From assembly GCA_963830305.1 (NCBI GenBank), contig CAWHLW010000005.1:2473-66472 (forward strand): 64,000 nucleotides of DNA, given 5' to 3'. Below the pieces are notes generated by a model. That model worked only from the letters and a program-made list of their open reading frames with translations. It searched no databases and had not been told where the DNA came from. Position 1 is the first letter of the stretch; each line of letters opens with the position of its first letter. Shown piece by piece: positions 36,559-45,786 of the stretch. Made by a program: the position numbers and the translations under genes. This DNA is from Candidatus Dormiibacterota bacterium. Its GTDB lineage: Bacteria > Chloroflexota > Dormibacteria > Aeolococcales > Aeolococcaceae.

Positions 36559-37872
36559 ATGAGCCTCTGGTCGCCCCCCGGTCCGCCCGGCAGACGCGTC
36601 GCACCGCTGGCCGAGCAGTACCGCGAGACCCCGCTGTGGTGGGATGACACTGCGTTTCCCGTCATCGAGGAATCGCCCCTGCCGGGCACAGCGGACGCGG
36701 TCGTGGTCGGCGCCGGATTCACCGGGCTGACCGCTGCCGCGCGGCTCGCCGCCCATGGGAAACACGTGGTCGTGGTTGACAGCGGCGCGCTCGGGGAGGG
36801 AGCGAGCGGCCGAAACGCGGGAATGATTCACGCCGGCGTGCGGCGTTCCCTCGCTTTTCTGGAACGAAAGCACGGGGCAGCTGGACACGCGCTGCACGAC
36901 GCCAGCGTAGAAGCCTACGAGTTCGTGGCGAAAACGGCGGCAACCGCGGCGCCGGATGCGATGTACACCCAGTCCGGATGGCTCCACCTCGCGCATCGCA
37001 AATCGCGGATGAAGGGGTTGCGCAAGGGCGAGGCGGAGCGCAGGCATCTGCTCGGCGAGGCGACGGTGATGCTCGAGGAGGCGGCGCTCGAGAGCGAGAC
37101 CCCCTGTCGCGGCTTCCACGGCGGGATGCTCACCGACAACGGCGCGAGCATTCATCCTGCCCGCTATCTGGCGGGGCTCGCCCGGTTGTCGCTCACCAAC
37201 GGTGCCGCCCTGCATCCGCGCACCCAGGTGACCTCGATCGCGTCGCGCGAGGTCGGTTCGCTGGTTCACACCTCGCGCGGCGATGTCACCGCCGGTGACG
37301 TGCTCGTTGCCACCAACGGCTACACCGACGCTGCGGCTCCATGGGCGCGGCGCCGAGTCATCCCGATCGGCAGCTACATCATCGCCACCGAACCCCTCGG
37401 CGACGTACGAGCCGCGGATATCAGCCCGCAGCGCCGGATGATGAGTGACACGCGGAATTTTCTGCATTACTGGCGTCTGTCACCGGACGGCCGGCTGGTT
37501 TTCGGTGGACGGACGAGCTTTGCGCCAGTCACCGTGCAGACCGCGCGCGACCGCCTGTACGCGGCGATGATCGGCATCTATCCGCAACTGGCCGGCGTGC
37601 GCGTGACTCACGCGTGGACCGGCAATGTCGGCTTCACGTTTGACCAACTCCCTCATCTGACCCGGTCGGACGGAGTCACCTACGCGATGGGCTACTGCGG
37701 CAGTGGTGTCGCGCTGGGTAGCTGGATGGGCACGCTCGCCGGCGAGTGGATCGCCAGGGGTGCCCAACCGGCCTTCACGGAGCTCCGCTTTCCGCGGATT
37801 CCGTTGTACCGGGGGCACCCCTGGTTCCTCCCATTCGTGGGTGTGTATTACTCCTTGCTCGATCGGCTTTAG
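36559..37872 (+). CDS. FAD-dependent oxidoreductase (DAO family; gamma-glutamylputrescine oxidase/PuuB-like)
   Basis: 437 aa. Dinucleotide motif DAVVVGAGFTGLTAAARLA, GASGRNAG, and C-terminal DAO-like region. Confidence 0.85.
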   Translation: MSLWSPPGPPGRRVAPLAEQYRETPLWWDDTAFPVIEESPLPGTADAVVVGAGFTGLTAAARLAAHGKHVVVVDSGALGEGASGRNAGMIHAGVRRSLAFLERKHGAAGHALHDASVEAYEFVAKTAATAAPDAMYTQSGWLHLAHRKSRMKGLRKGEAERRHLLGEATVMLEEAALESETPCRGFHGGMLTDNGASIHPARYLAGLARLSLTNGAALHPRTQVTSIASREVGSLVHTSRGDVTAGDVLVATNGYTDAAAPWARRRVIPIGSYIIATEPLGDVRAADISPQRRMMSDTRNFLHYWRLSPDGRLVFGGRTSFAPVTVQTARDRLYAAMIGIYPQLAGVRVTHAWTGNVGFTFDQLPHLTRSDGVTYAMGYCGSGVALGSWMGTLAGEWIARGAQPAFTELRFPRIPLYRGHPWFLPFVGVYYSLLDRL

Positions 37873-39422
37873 GCGGTTGGACCCACCGCCGGGGTTGCTG
37901 CGCCGTCGAGCGCGGACACGAGCTGCCCGTTCGTCAGGATGTACGAGACGGTCTTCTCCTTGAAGAACGTTGACTTCGTGGTCAGCTGAGCGACGATGAC
38001 CAGCGGTATCCCGAGCAAGACGGTGATGATGATCGGAAGGCCGGTCGCCCAATCGGCTGCCTGGCCGAGCGGCAAGTTGGTAGGTGCGATCACCACGTAG
38101 GCGATGCCGAGGAGAAAGAGCCCGCCGAGGAAGGGCAGAACGCCGGCAAAGATGAATCGTGTGAGGCTCGTGAGCAGCACCTTCCGAAACGCCCAGGCGC
38201 ACGCAATCCCGGTGATTCCGTAGTACAGGGCCACAAGCACGCCGATGTCGAGGATGAGGTTGCCGAAGACGGTGTTCACCGTATCCACGCCCGTCGCCAG
38301 GAGGATCACAATGATGGCGAGAGCGGAGGAGATGATCGTCCCGACCCACGGTGTCTTCCAACTCTTGTGAATCGTCCCGAACGCCTTCGGGAAGACGCCG
38401 TCGCGGGACATCGAGTAGGTGAGCCGGCTCGAGGGCAGCAGCGTCGTCTGCGTGGTGGCAATGGTCGACGAGAGCACCGCGAGCACCATGAGATAGGCCA
38501 CCGGCGTGCCTGAGATCTGGGTTGCGAAGAAGTAGAGCACGTCGTTCTGGTTGTTCGGGTTGGTCAGAGCCGTCTCCCCGAGATATGCCTGCATGGCCAT
38601 CGCCGCGATCAGGAAGATGAACAGCAGGATGAACATGCTGTAGATGCCCGCCAGCCCTGGGAACTCGTTGGCATCCTTCAACTCCTCGTTGACGTTGGCG
38701 GCGGTATCCCAACCCCAGAAGAAGAACACCGCGAGGGCGGACCCGGTGGCGACGGTGCCCAGATCGTGCAGGGAGGCCGGATTGAACCAACTGCCCGAGA
38801 CCGGCGCCACCGCGGCATGGCCTCCGGCAATCTTCACGAATGCGGCGATCGCGAACCCGAGCACGATGAAGTACTCGATGAACACCAGGATCCACTGGAA
38901 GTTGGCGGTGACGCGGATGCCGCGGACCACCATGAAGGTGACGAACAGCAACCATGCGATACCGACAATCGCGATCAACCAGTTGTTGTTCGCGGCATCG
39001 GTGGTCACGAAGCTGGGGAACAGGCTGTTGAGCAACTGCAGCGTGTACGCGCCCGCGACGAGCGGGGCCGCCGCGCAGAAGAGCACGTTTGCCGCGAGCT
39101 GAATCCAACCCCCTATCCAGCCGACGTGCGGGCTGAGCGTCCGGCTGACCCACGAGTAGGAAGCCCCGCAGTTGGGATCCTGACGGTTCAGATAGTAGTA
39201 GGCGACAGCGACGCAGAGCACCGGAAGGAATCCGATCAGGATTGCCGCCGGTGAAGCGAGGCCAACTGCCGCGACCAGGAACCCCACCGTGGCGGCCAGG
39301 GTGTATGCAGGTGCCACGCTCGACGTTGCGATGACCGTCGTGTCGAACAGCGTGAGCGTGTTGGTCTTGAGCTCCGATTCGACCGGCATTCCGTGCACGA
39401 TCGGCTCCGCTAGCGTCGCCAT
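37869..39422 (-). CDS. APC-family amino acid/amine permease
   Basis: 517 aa. 12+ hydrophobic segments. N-terminal LTLFDTTVIATSSVAPAYTLAATVG is typical of APC permeases. Confidence 0.9.
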   Translation of the reverse strand: MATLAEPIVHGMPVESELKTNTLTLFDTTVIATSSVAPAYTLAATVGFLVAAVGLASPAAILIGFLPVLCVAVAYYYLNRQDPNCGASYSWVSRTLSPHVGWIGGWIQLAANVLFCAAAPLVAGAYTLQLLNSLFPSFVTTDAANNNWLIAIVGIAWLLFVTFMVVRGIRVTANFQWILVFIEYFIVLGFAIAAFVKIAGGHAAVAPVSGSWFNPASLHDLGTVATGSALAVFFFWGWDTAANVNEELKDANEFPGLAGIYSMFILLFIFLIAAMAMQAYLGETALTNPNNQNDVLYFFATQISGTPVAYLMVLAVLSSTIATTQTTLLPSSRLTYSMSRDGVFPKAFGTIHKSWKTPWVGTIISSALAIIVILLATGVDTVNTVFGNLILDIGVLVALYYGITGIACAWAFRKVLLTSLTRFIFAGVLPFLGGLFLLGIAYVVIAPTNLPLGQAADWATGLPIIITVLLGIPLVIVAQLTTKSTFFKEKTVSYILTNGQLVSALDGAATPAVGPTA

Positions 39423-39464
39423 GTCTTCCTCCTCACCGTATCCTCCTGACTCGAGCCTGAGTTG

Positions 39465-40907
39465 TCAGGCTTCGATATTGCTCATCACGTGCTTGATGCG
39501 CGTGTAGTCCTCGAACCCGTACATCGAGAGATCCTTGCCGTACCCCGAATGCTTGTAGCCCCCATGCGGCATTTCGGAGACCAGTGGTATGTGCGTGTTG
39601 ATCCAGACGCAGCCGAAGTCCAGCGCTCGGGCCATGCGCATGGCGCGGCCGTGGTCCTTCGTCCAGACGCTCGCGCTGAGGCCGTACTCGACGCCGTTCG
39701 CCCATTCGAGCGCCCTTGCCTCGTCGTCGAACCGCTGCACAGTGATCACCGGACCGAAGATCTCGCGCTGGATGAGATCGTCGTCCTGGCGCAGCCCGGC
39801 GATGACTGTCGCCTCGTGGAAATAGCCACGCTCGCCGACGCGATGCCCTCCCGCGACGACATCAGCGTGTGACGGCGCATTGCCGACGAGCTCGCGAACG
39901 CGATCGAGCTGCCTGGCGTTGTTGAGCGGTCCGAAGGCAACCTCATCGTCGTCCGGCGCGCCCGTCTTGTTGGTGGCGGCCTGCTCGGCGAGTGCGGCGA
40001 CCAGCTCGTCGTGGATCGACGCCGACGCGAGGACTCGAGTCGCCGCGGTGCAGTCCTGCCCGGCATTGAAGTAGCCGGCCATGGCCACAGCCTCGGCCGT
40101 GGATGCGACATCGGAATCATCGAAGACGATCACCGGCGCCTTGCCGCCCAGTTCGAGGTGAACCCGCTTGAGGTCACCGGCCGCAGCACGTGCGACCTCC
40201 ATCCCGGCGCGGACGCTCCCGGTGATCGATGCCATCGCCGGGATCTTGTGGGTCACCAGCGCGGCACCCGTGCTTGGATCGCCGCAGATGACGTTGAAGA
40301 CACCGGGTGGCAGGAACTCGGCCATGATCTCGGCCATGAGCAGCGTGGTCACCGGAGTCGTGTCGGATGGCTTGAGGACCACCGTGTTGCCGGCGGCGAT
40401 GGCGGGCGACCACTTCCAGACCGCCATCAGCATCGGGTAGTTCCACGGTGTGACCTGCGCGCAGACCCCCACGGGCTCGCGGCGGATCATCGAGGTATGG
40501 CCGGTCATGTATTCACCGGCGCTCTTGCCTTCAAGGATCCTCGCGCAACCGGCGAAGAAGCGCACCGGGTCGATCAGCTGGGGGATCTCCTCGCTGCGGG
40601 TGAGCGAGATCGGCTTGCCGGTGTTCTCGCATTCGAGCGCGACGAATTCCTCGGAGCGCTTCTCGAACGCGTCGGCAATGCGCAGCAGAGCGAGGCTCCG
40701 TTCTCTCGGTGTGGTGTCGCGCCAACCGGCGAATGCGCGCTGCGCAGCCTGGAGAGCGGCGTCGACGTCGGCCGGGCTCGACACCGGCGCCCGGGCGAAT
40801 TCCTCGCCGGTGGCCGGATTGATGAGCGGTGTCGAAGCGTCGGAGCTCGCCTCGCGATATTCACCGCCGACGAAGTTGCGCAAAGTGCGTACCGCGACCG
40901 TGCTCAT
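39465..40907 (-). CDS. aldehyde dehydrogenase (gamma-aminobutyraldehyde dehydrogenase-like)
   Basis: 480 aa. FVGGEY, VHLELGGKAP and GQDCTAATR (catalytic Cys). 4-nt overlap with the upstream aminotransferase. Confidence 0.9.
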   Translation of the reverse strand: MSTVAVRTLRNFVGGEYREASSDASTPLINPATGEEFARAPVSSPADVDAALQAAQRAFAGWRDTTPRERSLALLRIADAFEKRSEEFVALECENTGKPISLTRSEEIPQLIDPVRFFAGCARILEGKSAGEYMTGHTSMIRREPVGVCAQVTPWNYPMLMAVWKWSPAIAAGNTVVLKPSDTTPVTTLLMAEIMAEFLPPGVFNVICGDPSTGAALVTHKIPAMASITGSVRAGMEVARAAAGDLKRVHLELGGKAPVIVFDDSDVASTAEAVAMAGYFNAGQDCTAATRVLASASIHDELVAALAEQAATNKTGAPDDDEVAFGPLNNARQLDRVRELVGNAPSHADVVAGGHRVGERGYFHEATVIAGLRQDDDLIQREIFGPVITVQRFDDEARALEWANGVEYGLSASVWTKDHGRAMRMARALDFGCVWINTHIPLVSEMPHGGYKHSGYGKDLSMYGFEDYTRIKHVMSNIEA

Positions 40908-42275
40908 GCCTTGAGATCCCGCGCCAGCTCGCGGAAATTGGTGACGTACCGCTGCACGTCATCCGAAGAGTGCTGCACCGACAACGTCCAGTTCTCCTCC
41001 GCACCCGGCGCCATGAGGACGCCGCGGTTGGTCTGGTAGAGCCAGGAAACGTACGCAAGCGACTTGTCCATCGCGGCGTAGTCGCGGTAGTTGCGCACCG
41101 GCTCGTCGCGGTAGGTGACGCACCCGCGGGCCCCCATCGAGACGACGTGGAAGGGCAGGCTGTATTCGCTCATCACCTCGCGGAGGCCGCCACTCAGCTC
41201 CTCGGTCAGCGCGTCGAGATGGGAATAGGCCTGGCCGGTGAGCACCTCGAGCAGCGTGGCTCGTGATGCCGCGGTGGTCAGCGGGTTGCCGTTGAAGGTG
41301 CCGAGCTGTGCGACCTTGCCATCGCTGATGGTCGCCATGATGTCGGCACGACCACCGACTGCGCCGCATGGGAGGCCGCCGCCGATCGCCTTGGCAAGGC
41401 AGACGATGTCCGGAACGACGCCGAAGCGCTCGGTCGCCCCACCTGGAGCGATGGTCACGCCCGTCTTGACCTCGTCGAAGATGGCCACGGCGCCATGCCG
41501 GTGGGCGATTTCCACGACGCCGGCAAGGTAACCGTCGTCGGGCAGGACGAACCCGATGTTCATCATCGCCGGCTCGACGATCACACCCGCGACCTCGCCC
41601 GGATGCGCCACGAACGCGCGCTCGAGCGCGGGAAGGTCGTTGAATCCCACGACGGTGGTGAGCTCGACGGTCGATCGCGGGATGCCACCGGTCATGGGCA
41701 CCGAATTCGGGAAGTCGGCGTCGCCCATCGCATCCACGGGTGGTTCGACCGACACCAGCAGCGCGTCGTGGTGCCCGTGGTACGAGGCTTCGATCTTGAT
41801 GATCCGCTCGCGATCGGTGAAGCCGCGCGCCAGGCGGATCGCGTCGAGAGTTCGACTCGGTGCCGCTGTTGGTGAAGCGCCACTGGGGCTGATGGAAACG
41901 GCGCGCCAGCTCGCGGGCGACAACGATGTTCTCCGCGACGGGCTGGGCGAAGTGCGATCCGCGATGCATCTGCGCGTCCACCGCGGCCACGATCGCGGGA
42001 TGCGCGTGGCCCACCACCATGACGCCGAAGCCGTTGTGAAAGTCGACGTACTCGTTCCCGTCGACGTCCCAGACCTTGCTGCCCTGGCCGTGATCGATGA
42101 AGACCGGCTGCGGCGGTGTGTCCTGGAACGAGCTCGGCACACCGCGCGGGATGTACTCGGTCGCCTCCCTCCACAGGTCACGTGACCGGGTACGACGAGA
42201 CCGGAACTCGGCTTCCTCGCGAGCGGTCAGCGACGCGACCAGTTCCGAATCGATGTCACCCATGGTCAAGCCCAT
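40904..42275 (-). pseudogene. class III (PLP) aminotransferase, frameshifted as assembled
   Basis: The N-terminal 135 aa are in ORF 40959-42275 and end ...RFTNSGTES. The rest, (T)LDAIRLARGFTDRERIIKIEASYHGHHD...FDEVKTGV...LAKAIGGG, is in ORF 40904-42181, the +1 frame. The junction is at GAGTTC, 41848-41853 (sense GAGTCGAACTCTC). Confidence 0.85.
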
Positions 42276-42312
42276 CGCCCAGGTCCCTCCAGTAGCCCTG
42301 TAGATGCAGAAA

Positions 42313-42335
42313 TTCTACTGAACACCTGTAGAATC
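42313..42335. promoter_or_regulatory. candidate operator: 7-bp inverted repeat ATTCTAC-N9-GTAGAAT in the A/T-rich leader of the aminotransferase-ALDH-permease operon
   Basis: ATTCTAC at 42313-42319 and GTAGAAT at 42329-42335. CCTGTAGA also occurs as a direct repeat at 42298-42305 and 42326-42333. Confidence 0.35.
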
Positions 42336-42377
42336 AGGCTACGTTAGACGCAAACCGTGGGGACCGTCAAGCGACAG

Positions 42378-42692
42378 TCAGCGCCAGTCCACCTGGGTGA
42401 CCTGACCGTCCACAACCTCGATGGTTCGGGCGGCGCATGAACCGGCGCCCAGGAGCGTCCAGTTCCCGGCAGCGAGGGACGGGAACAGCGCGACCGCAAG
42501 GAGTTCGCCTCGCATCGGCCGCGCGTGCACCCCGGTGTGGGTTCGGGCCCCGGGCCGCCCGTCAGGGCTGACCTCGATCTCGGAGTGGAGGAGCGCTGCC
42601 GGCACGATCACCAGCAGCGCTCCCGTCCCCCCACCGATATCGAGGACCGCCGGCTCGCTCGGAGCGGGACCGGCAGACTCGATCTCGCTCAA
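42378..42692 (-). CDS. hypothetical protein coupled to DUF4331
   Basis: 104 aa. 4-nt overlap with the DUF4331 stop. VLDIGGGTGALLVIVPAALLHSEIEVSP...HTGVHAR. No assignable family. Confidence 0.6.
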   Translation of the reverse strand: MSEIESAGPAPSEPAVLDIGGGTGALLVIVPAALLHSEIEVSPDGRPGARTHTGVHARPMRGELLAVALFPSLAAGNWTLLGAGSCAARTIEVVDGQVTQVDWR

Positions 42693-44068
42693 CTCGGGGT
42701 GTCGAATCCGTTGTGTGGCTGGCCCAGGTACGGGAAGTGGTCGATGTACCGGTTGCTGCCGGGCACCGAACCGCCGCTGAACTGGGCGGAGGAGAAGTCG
42801 CTGACCAGGCCGGCCGCGCCGTCAGCCTTGTAGCTGGGATCGACCAGTGGGATCGTTGCGCCCGCGACGGCGCGGATCTCGATGGTCGCCACGTCGTCGA
42901 ACACCCGGCGGCCGTTCGGGAACCCGGCGAGATCCCCGCCCAGGATGCCATTGATGCTCGGAGACTTTGCCGGAGGGATCGCCATGTTGAGGCGGAGCAG
43001 GTCGGCCGGGGTCGACCCGGTCGAGTTCTGGAAGCCCGCGATAACGCCCGAGGGCACGCCCGTGAGCAGGATCGCCTCGAGGTCGGCGCGCACCTTCGTG
43101 TAGGCGGACAGGTTCGGGAAGACGCCGGGGTAGAGCACCGGCAGCAATCCGGCGAGCATCGGATGGGCGTAGTCGGCCACGAACTGGGCGTCGTTGCTCG
43201 GCTTGGTCGAGTTCCAGAAGTCCTTCTTCCCGATCGGGATGATCACCTCGTTCACAAGCGGCATGCCGAGGCGCGACACCTGCACCCACGGTCCCACGTC
43301 GGTGGTGCGCCCGCCGTTGTCGAGGATGGTCGACTTGCGCCGGCTGGCCGTGGTGTACACGCCGATCACCGAATCGGCTTTGGTCGGGTCTGTGGGCATC
43401 TCGCCGTTCCTGGTGAGGTGCGTCTTGGGAACCTGGATCGCGATGGTGTGGACGTTCAGCGCCTTGGTGGAATCGACACCACCGACGGCGGGAAGCGGAA
43501 TCAGGTGCAGGTTCTGGAAGGGACGGAGCGCGCCGAGATCGAAGATCGACCCGAGGTCGACGTAGAAGCCCTCACGGCGCTGGCCTGCAAACACCCATCC
43601 ACCGTCCAGCGGATGGACCGCGGCACTCGCGAGCGCGCCGTAGTTCGGGGTCGAGCGGACGCCCACGTTCACCGGCGGACAGGCGAGCCGGCTCGCGAGC
43701 ACCTCGGACTTGCCGTGCCGGATCCGGGTCACCGAGTAGAACTGCCGGACGTTCCAGCTGGAGCTGGTCAGGCTGGTGATCGGACCCGTGTTGTAGAGAA
43801 AGGTAGTCGGGTCGGTGTACTCGGTGGTGAACTTGAACTGATAGGTGATCGCGTCCGCGACGCTGCCACCGTTGGTGACGGTGATCTCGTAAAGCACGTC
43901 GTCGCCGAAGTTGTAGAAGTTCGGGCCGCCGTCCGGTCCCTCCAGCGGGATGTAGTTGGCGATCAGCGTCACCGTCTCGGGATGATCGGGACTGGTGAAT
44001 GCGTAAAGGTCAGTGCTGTCAGCAACCGGGTCTTGCGAGATGCCGGGTGCTTCGCGATGCGAAGACAT
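42689..44068 (-). CDS. DUF4331 domain-containing protein
   Basis: 459 aa. Hallmark N-terminus MSSHREAPGISQDPVADSTDLYAFTSPD...IANYIPLEGPDGGPNFYNF. Confidence 0.85.
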   Translation of the reverse strand: MSSHREAPGISQDPVADSTDLYAFTSPDHPETVTLIANYIPLEGPDGGPNFYNFGDDVLYEITVTNGGSVADAITYQFKFTTEYTDPTTFLYNTGPITSLTSSSWNVRQFYSVTRIRHGKSEVLASRLACPPVNVGVRSTPNYGALASAAVHPLDGGWVFAGQRREGFYVDLGSIFDLGALRPFQNLHLIPLPAVGGVDSTKALNVHTIAIQVPKTHLTRNGEMPTDPTKADSVIGVYTTASRRKSTILDNGGRTTDVGPWVQVSRLGMPLVNEVIIPIGKKDFWNSTKPSNDAQFVADYAHPMLAGLLPVLYPGVFPNLSAYTKVRADLEAILLTGVPSGVIAGFQNSTGSTPADLLRLNMAIPPAKSPSINGILGGDLAGFPNGRRVFDDVATIEIRAVAGATIPLVDPSYKADGAAGLVSDFSSAQFSGGSVPGSNRYIDHFPYLGQPHNGFDTPS

Positions 44069-44109
44069 GTGTACCCCTCGTGAGGATGTGAATGATGTTG
44101 CGTTGCGTA

Positions 44110-44379
44110 TCAGCGCGTCGCGCGCTGAAGGCGCCGGATGAGCTGCGGGTCCTTGGTCACGACCTCGCGATGGCCCACCATTACGGAGATCTCGCCGGTC
44201 GCCGCGTCGCGAACGTACGCGGTCATCGGTTCGCTCGACAACGGACCGTCACTCGCGTCCGCGACGTTCTGGGCCGCCTCCACGAGGGTGCTCGGCCCGG
44301 CGATCAGCCCCATCGCCGCAACGCCGCCCGCTGCCCCCACCGTTGTGGACAGAAACGTCCGCCGTGTCACCTTGGCCAT
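44110..44379 (-). CDS. small Tat-signal protein (hypothetical)
   Basis: 89 aa. MAKVTRRTFLSTTVGAAGGVAAMGLIAG is a twin-arginine signal. The mature part is about 50 aa. Confidence 0.6.
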   Translation of the reverse strand: MAKVTRRTFLSTTVGAAGGVAAMGLIAGPSTLVEAAQNVADASDGPLSSEPMTAYVRDAATGEISVMVGHREVVTKDPQLIRRLQRATR

Positions 44380-44519
44380 GTGTACACCTCTCTGGGGCGG
44401 TCGTTGGCGATCCGGTTGGCCGTCTTGTCACCGCCCAGTCACCGCTTGGTACGGACGGCTCCGGGCGACGGATCACTCTTGCGCCGGACCGGCACGTCAC
44501 CGGTCGAGAGGAGGGAGGC

Positions 44520-45197
44520 TCAGGTCCAGGACGCGGGAACCTGCACCTCGACGTTGTCCTTGTTGACACGCGTCGCGATCGCCGGCAAGGGGTTCAGGCG
44601 GTAGTCGCCCGGATTGGCGGCCCCGGTGAGGTTGAAGCTCATCGGATGGCACGGACACACGAGCTTGTTCTGCCCGGCTTCCGGGATCAGCGTGCATCCC
44701 TGGTGGGTGCAGACCGCGCTGAGACCGCGGATCTTGCCGTCGAGGGTGAAGACGACGCCCTGGATGCCCCCGGCGGAGAACTGCTTGATCTTGCCCGGGG
44801 TCACCTCGTCAAGCGTCGCGACTGCCACCCATGTGCTGATGTACGGCTGAATCGTGCCGCTGCCGCTGGCGGGTTCCGTGAGCGCCTCACGGAGGCCCTC
44901 GAGACCGACACCGGCCGCGACGGACGCCGCGACGGTCGCGAGGCCGCCGACGAGGAACCGGCGCCGGCGGATTCCCGTCTCCGCCCATCCCGGGTCCTGT
45001 CCGGGCGCCTCGCGCAGCTGCCGGGCGAGGTTGTCGACGAACGCGGGCGACGGCGTGGATCCGCCCGGGTGCCCTGCCCGAAGCCGTGCAGCGACCTGCA
45101 TGGTGGCGGAGTCGTCGCCCGCAGGCGACCGCGGCGGGCGCCGGTTGGCGATCAGTGCGTTGATGAAACGCGTGAGGCGGCGATCAGCCTTCGACAT
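44520..45197 (-). CDS. Rieske [2Fe-2S] domain protein with cytoplasmic N-terminal extension and RRRRF-TM segment (candidate anti-sigma/sensor)
   Basis: 225 aa. CTHQGC and CPCH cluster ligands. GIRRRRFLVGGLATVAASVAAGVG lies about 80 residues from the N-terminus. The gene overlaps the ECF sigma gene by 14 nt. Confidence 0.8.
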   Translation of the reverse strand: MSKADRRLTRFINALIANRRPPRSPAGDDSATMQVAARLRAGHPGGSTPSPAFVDNLARQLREAPGQDPGWAETGIRRRRFLVGGLATVAASVAAGVGLEGLREALTEPASGSGTIQPYISTWVAVATLDEVTPGKIKQFSAGGIQGVVFTLDGKIRGLSAVCTHQGCTLIPEAGQNKLVCPCHPMSFNLTGAANPGDYRLNPLPAIATRVNKDNVEVQVPASWT

Positions 45198-45714
45198 AGC
45201 GTGCTCCCGTGGTGGCAGCGCGGCGCAGCGCCCGCAGTTGCAGCACCTTGGCGTTGGCGACGCTCACGCCCATCGCAGCGGCTGTCTCCCGGATGGAGTA
45301 CCCACGAAGGAATCGGAACTCGAGCACGCTTCGGTAATTGTCAGGCAGCCCGTCGAGGATCGGGCTGACATCCACGTCGCGCTGCTGCTCGACTTCCGGG
45401 GAGGCGTCGCGCTGCTCGTCGAACTCCATCAGGACCGTTCCGTGACGCTGTCGCCAGACATCGGCGAGCACGCTCCGCGCCGTGGTGCGCAGGTAGGCGC
45501 CGATCTCCGCCGAGGTGACGTCGGAGCGCAACCGCGGCAGGGCACGGAGGAAGGTCGTGGAAGTGACGTCCTCGGCGTCCGGGGTGTTGCCGGTTCTCGA
45601 GTAGACGTATCGATAGAGAGGAGCCACGTGCTCCTGATAGAGGGACTCCCAGTCGTTCTGGCGATCTGGGGTGCCGACCACGCGAAGCGGGGGCGGCGAT
45701 TCGGGCACAGCCAC
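45184..45714 (-). CDS. ECF-type RNA polymerase sigma-70 family factor
   Basis: 176 aa. Region 2 (LYQEHVAPLYRYVYSRTG) and region 4 HTH (LPDNYRSVLEFRFLRGYSIRETAAAMGVSVANAKVLQLRALRR). Confidence 0.85.
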   Translation of the reverse strand: MAVPESPPPLRVVGTPDRQNDWESLYQEHVAPLYRYVYSRTGNTPDAEDVTSTTFLRALPRLRSDVTSAEIGAYLRTTARSVLADVWRQRHGTVLMEFDEQRDASPEVEQQRDVDVSPILDGLPDNYRSVLEFRFLRGYSIRETAAAMGVSVANAKVLQLRALRRAATTGARYVEG

Positions 45715-45786
45715 GTTCGATCATGTTCTACGCCACTGAGTTACGCAATCGGCCGCAGCGGTCATGATTGACGGAGAGGGTTTGCC

